In this document: in pieces, positions 23,876 through 31,265 of the stretch
Numbering within the stretch: the first letter of the stretch is position 1
How the letters are laid out: each line of letters starts with the position of its first letter
DNA from: Horticoccus luteus
GTDB lineage: Bacteria; Verrucomicrobiota; Verrucomicrobiia; Opitutales; Opitutaceae
Direction: 5' to 3'
Assembly: GCF_019464535.1 (NCBI RefSeq)
Contig: NZ_CP080507.1
Coordinates: forward strand, 3,390,001 to 3,422,000
Length of the DNA: 32,000 nucleotides
The notes under the pieces: model-generated
What the model was told of the DNA's origin: nothing
Databases searched by the model: none
What the model saw: only the letters and a program-made list of their open reading frames with translations
Position numbers and translations under genes: made by a program

Positions 23876-24120
23876 GGGGAAAATCTCGTCTAAGAGCATC
23901 TTGCCAAAAGGAAGCGTCCGACGTGCGGCCAAGGTAGCAGCGTTTCCCGTGTCTGCACCTCAAAAGATTTCCAGCCGCTCAAAATATTACTCGGTATTTG
24001 GATAGGGTTTTACCCGATGCCAAAGTCGGGGATTGTGCCCCGGGCCGCACTTGGCACGGGACCGCTTCCACGGCAATTACCTCGGCTGCGGTGTCGGTCC
24101 ACGCCCGCGTTTCCAGCTAC
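23876..24120. promoter_or_regulatory. Divergent intergenic region between the hybrid kinase and the sensor-kinase operon
   Basis: Non-coding if the preferred starts (23875 and 24121) are correct. It contains an AT-rich patch, caaaagatttccagccgctcaaaatattactcggtatttggatagggtttta, at about 23961-24012. No promoter elements could be assigned confidently. Confidence 0.35.
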
Positions 24121-25566
24121 ATGCGTTTTCAGGATATCCCCATCCGGCGGAAACTCATGACCATGCTCCTGCTCACCAGCGGGGCGGTCGTGCTCCTGAC
24201 CTGCGCCTCCTACTTGGGCTATGAATTAGTGACGTTTCGGCGAACCTCTGTCCAACAGCTCGACACGCTCGGCGAAATCATCGCCAGCAACAGCACCGCC
24301 GCGCTCGCCTTCGATGCGCCCGACGACGCGCAACAAATCCTTTCCGCCTTGGCCGCCGACCGCCAAATCGTTGCGGCGGTGCTTTATCGGGCCGACGGCA
24401 CGGTTTTCGCCCTTTTTCCGGCCGACTTATCCGCTTCCGACTATCCCCTTCATCCCGGGCCCTCCGGCCACAATTTCGAGCACAACGGACTTGCCGCCTT
24501 CCACACTGTCACCCGTGACGGAAAGCCGCTCGGCACGCTCTACCTTCGCACGAGCGGCAACGCCCTTTTTGAACGCCTCCGGCTTTTCGGCGGCTTCCTT
24601 ATCGTCGTGATCGCGGCCGCCGGCGCGCTCGTCTTTGTGTTATCACGCTCCCTGCAACGCCAAATCTCCGGTCCCATTCTGGCCTTGGCCGGCACGGCCC
24701 GTGCCATGGCCGAAAGTCAGGATTATGCCGGCCGGGCCACGAAGCTGGGCAACGACGAGATCGGCGTCCTCACCGATGCCTTCAACGCCATGGTCGGCCG
24801 TCTCGCCAACGCCAACCACGACTTGGAACTTCGCGTGCGCGACCGCACCGCTGCCCTCGAGGAGGCCAACCACGAGCTCGAAGCGTTTTCCTACTCCGTT
24901 TCCCACGATTTGCGGGCGCCACTGCGCCACATCGGCGGCTTTGCCACGATGCTGCGGCAACACACCGAGCCCGTCCTCGACGAGAAAGGCCGCCGGTTTA
25001 TCACGGTCATTCAACAGTCCACCGCGCGCATGGCCCAGTTGATTGATGACCTCCTCGCGTTTTCCAAGCACGGCCGCGCCGAACTTCAGCACGAACCCGT
25101 TGATCTCGCCGACCTGATCGAACAGATAAAAGTCGGCTTCCAAGGCGAACTCGAGGATCGGCACGTGGAGTGGAATGTCGCGCCGCTCCCCACCGTCCGC
25201 GGCGACACCTCGCTGCTCCGCCAGGTATTTACGAATCTCCTCGGCAACGCCGTCAAATACACCCGCCGCCAGCCCATCGCCCGCATCGAAATCGGGACGG
25301 TCACCCCTCCGAACGGCGAAGCGGTCGTCTTCGTGCGCGATAACGGCGCCGGCTTCGACATGCAGTATGTCGACAAGCTCTTTGGCGTCTTCCAACGCCT
25401 GCATCACGACACCGAATTTGAAGGCACCGGCGTCGGCCTCGCCACCGTCCGCCGCATCGTCCAACGCCACGGCGGCCGCGTTTGGGCCGAAGGCCAGCCG
25501 GGCGTGGGGGCCGTTTTCTACGTCGCTCTTCCCACAAACATTCCCTCCACCGCCCCACTTTCATGA
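24121..25566 (+). CDS. Membrane sensor histidine kinase: TM, ~150-aa periplasmic domain, TM, HAMP, HisKA, HATPase
   Basis: Track ORF 23998..25566; the preferred start is the ATG at 24121 (MRFQDIPIRRKLMTMLLLTSGAVVLL...). TM1 is LMTMLLLTSGAVVLLTCASYLGY and TM2 is FGGFLIVVIAAAGALVFVL. A HAMP-like segment follows TM2 (ISGPILALAGTARAMAE...DEIGVLTDAFNAMVGRL). H-box: FSYSVSHDLRAPLRHI. N-box: NLLGNAVKY. G1: RDNGAGF. G2: GTGVGLATV. The periplasmic segment, ..ASNSTAALAFDAPDDAQQILSALAADRQIVAAVLYRADGTVFALFP.., recalls YfiN/DgcN-type (CHASE8-like) sensors. Confidence 0.85.
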   Translation: MRFQDIPIRRKLMTMLLLTSGAVVLLTCASYLGYELVTFRRTSVQQLDTLGEIIASNSTAALAFDAPDDAQQILSALAADRQIVAAVLYRADGTVFALFPADLSASDYPLHPGPSGHNFEHNGLAAFHTVTRDGKPLGTLYLRTSGNALFERLRLFGGFLIVVIAAAGALVFVLSRSLQRQISGPILALAGTARAMAESQDYAGRATKLGNDEIGVLTDAFNAMVGRLANANHDLELRVRDRTAALEEANHELEAFSYSVSHDLRAPLRHIGGFATMLRQHTEPVLDEKGRRFITVIQQSTARMAQLIDDLLAFSKHGRAELQHEPVDLADLIEQIKVGFQGELEDRHVEWNVAPLPTVRGDTSLLRQVFTNLLGNAVKYTRRQPIARIEIGTVTPPNGEAVVFVRDNGAGFDMQYVDKLFGVFQRLHHDTEFEGTGVGLATVRRIVQRHGGRVWAEGQPGVGAVFYVALPTNIPSTAPLS

Positions 25567-26027
25567 GCAAACCCAAAAACATTCTCCTCGCCGAAGACAG
25601 CCCGCTCGACGTCGAGATGACGGTGACTGCGCTGAGTGACCACAATCTCGCCAATACCATCGTCGTCGTGCGCGATGGCGCGGAAGCCCTCGACTACCTT
25701 TACCGCCGCGGCGCCTTCGCTGCGCGCACCGACGGCGATCCCGCCTTGGTCCTCCTCGACATCAAGATGCCTCGCGTCGACGGCTTGGAAGTCCTCCGTC
25801 AGATCAAGGGCGACGATTCCCTGCGCACGATTCCGGTCGTCATGCTCACTTCGTCCCGTGAAGAGAGCGATCTCGCCCGCAGTTACCGCTTGGGCATCAA
25901 CGCCTACGTCGTAAAGCCCGTCGACTTTCCGGCGTTCATGGACGCGTTGAAGCAAGTCGGCGTTTTTTGGACCGTGCACAACGAACTCCCGCCTTCCTCC
26001 ACGGCGCCCGCGCCCGTCTTGTCGTGA
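25563..26027 (+). CDS. Single-domain (CheY/Rcp1-like) response regulator with no output domain
   Basis: Within track ORF 25482..26027; the preferred start is ATG 25563 (MSKPKNILLAEDSPLDVEM...). That ATG overlaps the kinase stop as ATGA (25563-25566). Acceptor context is LVLLDIKMP, followed by VVMLTSS and AYVVKP. The C-terminal ...FWTVHNELPP tail is typical of Rcp1-type regulators. Confidence 0.85.
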   Translation: MSKPKNILLAEDSPLDVEMTVTALSDHNLANTIVVVRDGAEALDYLYRRGAFAARTDGDPALVLLDIKMPRVDGLEVLRQIKGDDSLRTIPVVMLTSSREESDLARSYRLGINAYVVKPVDFPAFMDALKQVGVFWTVHNELPPSSTAPAPVLS

Positions 26028-27940
26028 AACGCCTCCCTTTCTTGCGCCTCGCTGTCTGCTTGGCCGCCCTTCCCGCGGGCGTGCTCGCCGAAGATGCCAC
26101 CGCGCCTTCAACCGATCTCTCGAGCCTGAAGCAACTTTCCCTCGAAGGACTGATGAACCTCGAGGTCTCGACCGTCTCCCGCAAAGACGAACGCTGGTGG
26201 ACCGCACCGAGCGGCATCGACGTCATCACGAGCGAAGATATTCGCCGCTCAGGTGCCATGAATCTACCCGACGCGCTGCGACTCGGCACCGGCGTTCACG
26301 TCGGCCAATCCAGTGCGCGCAGTTGGGCGATCAGCATTCGCGGCATGAACGTCCTCGCCGCCAACAAAATCTCCGTCGCGATGGATGGCCGCAGTCTTTT
26401 CACGCCGTTTTATTCGGGCGTCGACTGGGCGTCCAAAGACACGTTGCTCGAAGACATTGATCGCATCGAAGTCGTGCGCGGGCCGGTCGGCGCGCTCTGG
26501 GGCGCTTACGCCGTCAACGGCTTCATTCAAATCCTCACCAAGCCCGCTTGGGACACCCAAGGCTGGCTCGCCAGCGCGGGCACCGGCACCGAAGACCCGC
26601 TCTTCGTGTCGTTCCGCTACGGTGGCAAGGTCAACGACACCACCTTCTACCGCGTTTACGCCAAATACTTCCAGACTGACTGGACCTACAACGCCGCCGG
26701 CCAGCGCACCAATCCCGCGACCGATTTCTTTCAAACCGGATTCCGTCTGGATGCTCTCCGCGCCAGCGACACGACCTTTACGATCCAAGGCGACTACTAC
26801 ACCAACCAAGATCTTCCCCTCGACCACCTCCAAGCCGGGCTCGACGGCTTTAACCTCCTCGGTCGCTGGCGCCGCAACTTTTCGAGCGATGCGAGCCTCG
26901 AGATTCAATCTTACGTCGACCACACCTACTGGTTGATTCCCTCTCAGTTTGAGGAGCGCCGCACCACCGGGTCTGCTTCCGTGCAATATCGTAACGCCAT
27001 CGGCCGCCAGGATATCGTCGTCGGCTTCGATGGCTCCCTCTCACGCGACCACATCGGCAACATCGGCATCGCTCAACTGATTCCGCCCGAACGCACGATT
27101 CACAACGCGGGCCTCTACTTGGAAGACGGCATTCACCTCACGCCGACCGCCACCGTCACCCTCGGCGTAAAGGGCGAACACAACTCGTTTTCCAGCTTCG
27201 AATACGAACCGACCCTCCGCTACGCGTGGACGCCGACCGCCCAAACCACCGTATGGGCCGCCCTCTCGCGCTCCGTCCGCACCCCCGTCCGTATCGACGA
27301 CGATCTTGTCATCCAAGTCCCTGGCACGACGGTCTTCGCCGCCAACGACGACTTCCGCACCGAAGACGCCCTCGCTTACGAAATCGGCCTCCGGCATCAA
27401 CCCGTCTCGACGTTCACCTTCGACGTCTCCGCCTTTGTCTACCGCTACGACAACATCCGCAGCACCGAACCCGCCGGCTCCACGCCTCTGCCCCTCACGT
27501 TTAAGAACAAACTCAACGCCACGTCCGCGGGCGGCGAGGTGACGCTGATGTATCAACCTCTCGCCCAACTCTTCTTCAAGGCCAGCTACCGTTACCTCGA
27601 TCTGGATTTCACGCGGGATCCCGGCAGCCAGGACAACTCCCACGGCAGCTCCGAGGGCAACGACCCGAAGCACGTCGCCAACCTCAACGCCCACCTCACC
27701 CTGTCCTCCGGCTGGGAAATCGACGGCTTTCTCCGCTACGTCAGCGCCCTGCCCAATCCCGCCCTGCCCGGCTACACCGATTTCGATCTCCGCTTGGGCT
27801 GGCATCCTACCAGCAATTGGGAAATCTCCCTTCTTGGCCGCAATCTCCTCCACCGCCAGCATGCCGAGTTCATCACGACGAACAGCCTCAACGAGCAGGT
27901 TCATCGCAGCATCACGCTGAAAAGCACATGGCGTTACTGA
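26024..27940 (+). CDS. TonB-dependent outer-membrane receptor (plug plus beta-barrel), small type
   Basis: Track ORF 25967..27940. Plug motifs: IDVITSEDIRRSGAMNLPDALRLGTGVHV, IRGMN and IDRIEVVRGPVGALWGAYAVNGFIQILTK. The remainder is long with alternating beta-strand character and ends ...ITLKSTWRY (terminal aromatic residue). The in-frame GTG at 26024 gives the signal peptide (M)KRLPFLRLAVCLAALPAGVLA/EDA and overlaps the regulator stop as GTGA. The ATG at 25967 is the alternative start. Confidence 0.85.
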   Translation: MKRLPFLRLAVCLAALPAGVLAEDATAPSTDLSSLKQLSLEGLMNLEVSTVSRKDERWWTAPSGIDVITSEDIRRSGAMNLPDALRLGTGVHVGQSSARSWAISIRGMNVLAANKISVAMDGRSLFTPFYSGVDWASKDTLLEDIDRIEVVRGPVGALWGAYAVNGFIQILTKPAWDTQGWLASAGTGTEDPLFVSFRYGGKVNDTTFYRVYAKYFQTDWTYNAAGQRTNPATDFFQTGFRLDALRASDTTFTIQGDYYTNQDLPLDHLQAGLDGFNLLGRWRRNFSSDASLEIQSYVDHTYWLIPSQFEERRTTGSASVQYRNAIGRQDIVVGFDGSLSRDHIGNIGIAQLIPPERTIHNAGLYLEDGIHLTPTATVTLGVKGEHNSFSSFEYEPTLRYAWTPTAQTTVWAALSRSVRTPVRIDDDLVIQVPGTTVFAANDDFRTEDALAYEIGLRHQPVSTFTFDVSAFVYRYDNIRSTEPAGSTPLPLTFKNKLNATSAGGEVTLMYQPLAQLFFKASYRYLDLDFTRDPGSQDNSHGSSEGNDPKHVANLNAHLTLSSGWEIDGFLRYVSALPNPALPGYTDFDLRLGWHPTSNWEISLLGRNLLHRQHAEFITTNSLNEQVHRSITLKSTWRY

Positions 27941-28503
27941 ACTCCACTTCCACCCGCGTGCAGCGCCATCTGCACCGCCTGCTCTGCGTCTTCGTCGTCG
28001 CCTGCACGTTTGCCGCGCCCGTCGGTGTCGCCGAACCCGTCGCGCGCCAACTCGATATCGAAGCCGTCTTCCTTCTCAACCTCACCCGTTTCATCCGCTG
28101 GCCGGATAAATCGTTTCCCGCTGACGACGCCCCTCTCTACATCGGCCTCCTTCCCACCGACCCGATCGCCACCGTGCTCAACGAAGCCGCCGGCGGGGAA
28201 TCCTCCGGCTCGCATCCGATCAAGCTCCGCTGGATTCGCAACGCCGCCGATGCCAACGACTGCCATCTCGTCTTCTTCTCGAAGTCCACGCTGACCGAAT
28301 CCGCCCAACTGGTCGCCGGCTTGCGCGACAAACCCGTGCTGCTCGTGAGCGATTCCGACGGCTTTCTCCGCCTCGGCGGCCAGATCCTCCTCTACAAGCG
28401 CGGCACCCAGGTGCGCCTCCGCATCGACCTCGCCAACCTCCGCCGCTCCAATCTCACCGCGAGCACCTCCCTCCTGCGCGTCGCCGATCTGGTCAACAAG
28501 TGA
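27928..28503 (+). CDS. YfiR/DUF4154-family periplasmic protein
   Basis: Within track ORF 27817..28503; the ATG at 27928 overlaps the receptor gene by 13 nt. The signal peptide reads ...LHRLLCVFVVACTFAAPVGVA. Family hallmarks recognised by eye are EAVFLLNLTRFIRWP, CHLVFFSKS and PVLLVSDSDGFLRLGGQILLYKRGTQVRLRIDLANLRRSNLTASTSLLRVA. Confidence 0.75.
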   Translation: MALLNSTSTRVQRHLHRLLCVFVVACTFAAPVGVAEPVARQLDIEAVFLLNLTRFIRWPDKSFPADDAPLYIGLLPTDPIATVLNEAAGGESSGSHPIKLRWIRNAADANDCHLVFFSKSTLTESAQLVAGLRDKPVLLVSDSDGFLRLGGQILLYKRGTQVRLRIDLANLRRSNLTASTSLLRVADLVNK

Positions 28504-28511
28504 CGTCGCAT

Positions 28512-29291
28512 TCAAGCCGGCTCGCGATTGAGGCGCACCGCCTCGCGCAAACCCGTCAACACCAGTTCCGGCACCAGTTCGTCGAAGAGTCCCTCGCCTT
28601 CGAACATCCGCGCAAAACCGCCTGTGCCCAGCACATGCGGCCGCTCGCCGCCAAAATTCTCCCCGCTGATCTCCTGCACCAGCCGCGCCACCGCCCCCGC
28701 GTGCCCGTGAAACAGCCCTGATTGGATCGACTCCGCCGTCGTGCGCCCCAACGCCATCGGCGGCCGCATGATCTCCACCCGCGGCAGTTTCGCCGTGTGA
28801 TTCGCCAGCGTTTCCGCCGAAATCCCCACGCCCGGCAAAATCGCGCCGCCCAGGTAATCCGCCTCCGCCGTGATCGCCTCGATCGTCGTCGCCGTGCCAA
28901 AATCCACCACGATCAAGTTGCGCCGTGGATGCAGATGCACCGCCGCAATTGCGCTCGCAATCCGGTCTGCGCCGACTTCGTGCGGATTGCGATAACGCAC
29001 CCGCAGCCCCGTCTTCACACCCGCCTGCAACACAAACGGTTCGCACCGAAAATACTTCACCGCCGCCGCGCGCAACGCATGCAACGCCGCCGGCACCACC
29101 GAGCAAATCGCCACCGTATCGATTTCCGCCGGCTCCACCCCGTTGGCCCGCAACACCGCGTTGAAAAACACCCCGAGTTCATCCGCCGATCCCGCCGGAT
29201 GCGTCGACTTCCGAAACTGCGCGCGCAACTCATCCCCGGCAAATACGCCGCCGTGGATGTTCGAATTTCCCGTGTCGAGACAGAGCAGCAT
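28512..29291 (-). CDS. coaX: Type III pantothenate kinase
   Basis: The track ORF starts MLLCLDTGNSNIHGGVF. It contains GADRIASAIAA, LIVVDFGTATT and GGAILPG/ESIQSGL, the ASKHA-fold motifs of CoaX. Confidence 0.9.
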   Translation of the reverse strand: MLLCLDTGNSNIHGGVFAGDELRAQFRKSTHPAGSADELGVFFNAVLRANGVEPAEIDTVAICSVVPAALHALRAAAVKYFRCEPFVLQAGVKTGLRVRYRNPHEVGADRIASAIAAVHLHPRRNLIVVDFGTATTIEAITAEADYLGGAILPGVGISAETLANHTAKLPRVEIMRPPMALGRTTAESIQSGLFHGHAGAVARLVQEISGENFGGERPHVLGTGGFARMFEGEGLFDELVPELVLTGLREAVRLNREPA

Positions 29292-29296
29292 GGCTT

Positions 29297-30520
29297 TTAG
29301 GAAACCTGAGTTTGCGCCACCAGTTGCTCCAGTCGATCCGCGAGTTCCCCGCGCGTGGCGCAGGCGATCGCCGGTTCCCCTCCCCGCCGATGGATCGCCG
29401 CCGGGAACGCGTCCTGGCCGCTGGTGCGCGTCGCGAGATCATTGTGCACGACGAAGTCCGCGTCCGCCTCCGCCACCAACGCTGCCACCGCCCGCCCCGC
29501 CGCCGCTTCGCTCGCATGATCTGTGAGCTTGAACGCCACCACCTTCACCGCCGCATTGCGCGAACGACTCCGCAGCGTCGCCACAATCTTCGCCTGCGGC
29601 TTCAACCGCAAAACGGGCGACGCTCGCGAATCCAGCTTTTGCCCCACCGCGACTTCCTTCCCGTCCACCTCCACGCCCGCGACCGCAAAATCGCTCACCG
29701 CCGCCGCGTGGATCACCACATCGACCCGCTCGCCGCCCAACACCTCCGTGAGTGCCCGATCCAAGTCCGCGTGCGTCTGGAAAATCTCCTCCTGCACCGA
29801 GGGCACCGCCACCGCCGTCGCCGCGCGCAACAACAACACTTCGTGCCCGCAACGCGCGAAATGCCGTGCGATCAACGCCCCCGTAAAACCCGTGCTCGTG
29901 TTCGACAGCACGCGCACGCCGTCGATCGGCTCGGCCGTCCCGCCGCTCGTGATCACCACGCGCAAACTCCGCCCCGCCGGCCGCGTCAGCATCTGCTCCA
30001 CCGCCAGCACGATGTCGCCCGCCTCCGCGAGCCGTCCCTCGCCCGTCTCACCGCACGCCGTCCGCCCGTGCCCAACCGGCAGGCAACGCACGCCCCACTC
30101 GCGTAAACGCTCCACCGCCGCCCGCGTGGCCGGGTGTCGCCACATCTCCGGATTCATCGCCGGCGCCAGCAGCCACGGCGTCGTCCGTTCGCTCGCCAAA
30201 AACAACGCCCCCGGCAAATCGTCCGCCAGCCCCGCCGCCAAGCGGTTCAACTGATTCGCCGTCGCCGGACACACCAGCACGAGATCCGCCCAGCGCGTGA
30301 GATGCACGTGCTCCATCGCGCGCCCCGCGGTCCACAACTCCGTCGCCACCGGCTGCCCCGTCAGCCCCTCCAGCGTCGCCGCGCCCACGAACCGCAACGC
30401 CGACGGCGTGGCCACCGCGCGTACCGTGTGCCCGGCTTGCACGAGCCGCGACAACGCCTCGCATGCTTTGTAGGCCGAAATCGACCCCGAGAGAATGAAC
30501 AGGATTTTAGAGGGGGACAT
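29297..30520 (-). CDS. coaBC: Bifunctional phosphopantothenoylcysteine decarboxylase / phosphopantothenate-cysteine ligase
   Basis: Track ORF 29297..30598; the preferred ATG at 30518-30520 gives MSPSKILFILSGSISAYKA... (flavoprotein domain). Other motifs: CPATANQLNRLAAGLADD, APAMNPEMW, and the ligase domain VVITSGGTAEPIDGVRVLSNTSTGFTG. The stop lies 5 nt before the coaX start. Confidence 0.9.
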   Translation of the reverse strand: MSPSKILFILSGSISAYKACEALSRLVQAGHTVRAVATPSALRFVGAATLEGLTGQPVATELWTAGRAMEHVHLTRWADLVLVCPATANQLNRLAAGLADDLPGALFLASERTTPWLLAPAMNPEMWRHPATRAAVERLREWGVRCLPVGHGRTACGETGEGRLAEAGDIVLAVEQMLTRPAGRSLRVVITSGGTAEPIDGVRVLSNTSTGFTGALIARHFARCGHEVLLLRAATAVAVPSVQEEIFQTHADLDRALTEVLGGERVDVVIHAAAVSDFAVAGVEVDGKEVAVGQKLDSRASPVLRLKPQAKIVATLRSRSRNAAVKVVAFKLTDHASEAAAGRAVAALVAEADADFVVHNDLATRTSGQDAFPAAIHRRGGEPAIACATRGELADRLEQLVAQTQVS

Positions 30521-31265
30521 TGTCGATGAGTCGTGTGCCTTCGATGCGGATTGCGCCGAGCCGGACACCCGCCCGGTCGTCCACGTAATCCACGCCAAAT
30601 CCCGCCGCCGTCAGGCGCTGCGCCGCCGTCGCGGCATCCGGCGACGTCCGCAAAATCTCCGAAAACGCCCCCGCCGCCGCACGCGCCCCGGCCGACAGGC
30701 GCGCATTGCGCGAACTCAGCGCCAGCCCGTTGGCCTCGCGCACCGTCGCACACGCCACGATCTCGACCGGCAGAAAAAACGCCGCCGTCATGTCCTTCAC
30801 CAACTGCAACTGCTGCCAGTCCTTCTCGCCGAAATACGCCCGCCGCGGTTGCACGAGGTGCAGCAACCGCAGCACCACCGTCAGCACGCCATCGAAATGC
30901 CCCGGCCGGTGCGCTCCTTCCAGCTCTTGCGCCAGCTTCGTCTCCGTGACGCGAAAACGATACTCATCCGGATAAATCTCCGCCGGCGTCGGCGCGAACA
31001 CGTAGTCCGCCAGCCCCGCCGCCAGCGCCAAATCCTCCGGCAGCGTGCGCGGATACACCGCGAGATCCCGCGGATCGTTAAACTGCGTGGGGTTCACGAA
31101 AATGCTCAACACGGTTACGTCGCTTTCCACTCGCGCCCGTTCGAGCAACGCGCGGTGTCCCGCGTGCAGATTGCCCATCGTCGGCACGAAACCGATGCCC
31201 CGCGGCGACGCCGGTAACTCCGCCCGCACGCGACGCCATTCAGCGATGGAAGTGATCGTGCGCAT
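30507..31265 (-). CDS. panC: Pantoate-beta-alanine ligase (pantothenate synthetase)
   Basis: Track ORF 30507..31517; the preferred ATG at 31263-31265 gives MRTITSIAEWRRV...IGFVPTMGNLHAGHRALL. It also contains VLSIFVNPTQF, HRPGHFDGV and YFGEKDWQQ. Its 3' end overlaps the coaBC start by 14 nt. Its ATG shares one base with the panB stop (TGATG). Confidence 0.9.
   Translation of the reverse strand: MRTITSIAEWRRVRAELPASPRGIGFVPTMGNLHAGHRALLERARVESDVTVLSIFVNPTQFNDPRDLAVYPRTLPEDLALAAGLADYVFAPTPAEIYPDEYRFRVTETKLAQELEGAHRPGHFDGVLTVVLRLLHLVQPRRAYFGEKDWQQLQLVKDMTAAFFLPVEIVACATVREANGLALSSRNARLSAGARAAAGAFSEILRTSPDAATAAQRLTAAGFGVDYVDDRAGVRLGAIRIEGTRLIDNVPL

Noticed and set aside
24052-24067. Sigma-54-like TGGCACGGGACCGCTT about 65 nt upstream of the sensor-kinase ATG
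   Set aside because: The position and orientation are attractive. However, the GG-to-GC spacing is again 9 nt, the -12 element is CGCT rather than TTGC, and no enhancer-binding protein is encoded nearby.
23876-24120. Extended N-termini suggested by the track: TTG 23932 for the hybrid kinase, ATG 23998 for the sensor kinase, ATG 25482 for the regulator, ATG 27817 for the YfiR-like protein, ATG 30598 for coaBC, and 31517 for panC
   Set aside because: The extensions add non-conserved, often Arg/Gly-rich residues in front of positions where the domain folds or signal peptides normally begin. The internal starts produce the canonical N-termini and tidy stop/start overlaps. ATG 25967 for the TonB-dependent receptor remains a genuine alternative to GTG 26024.
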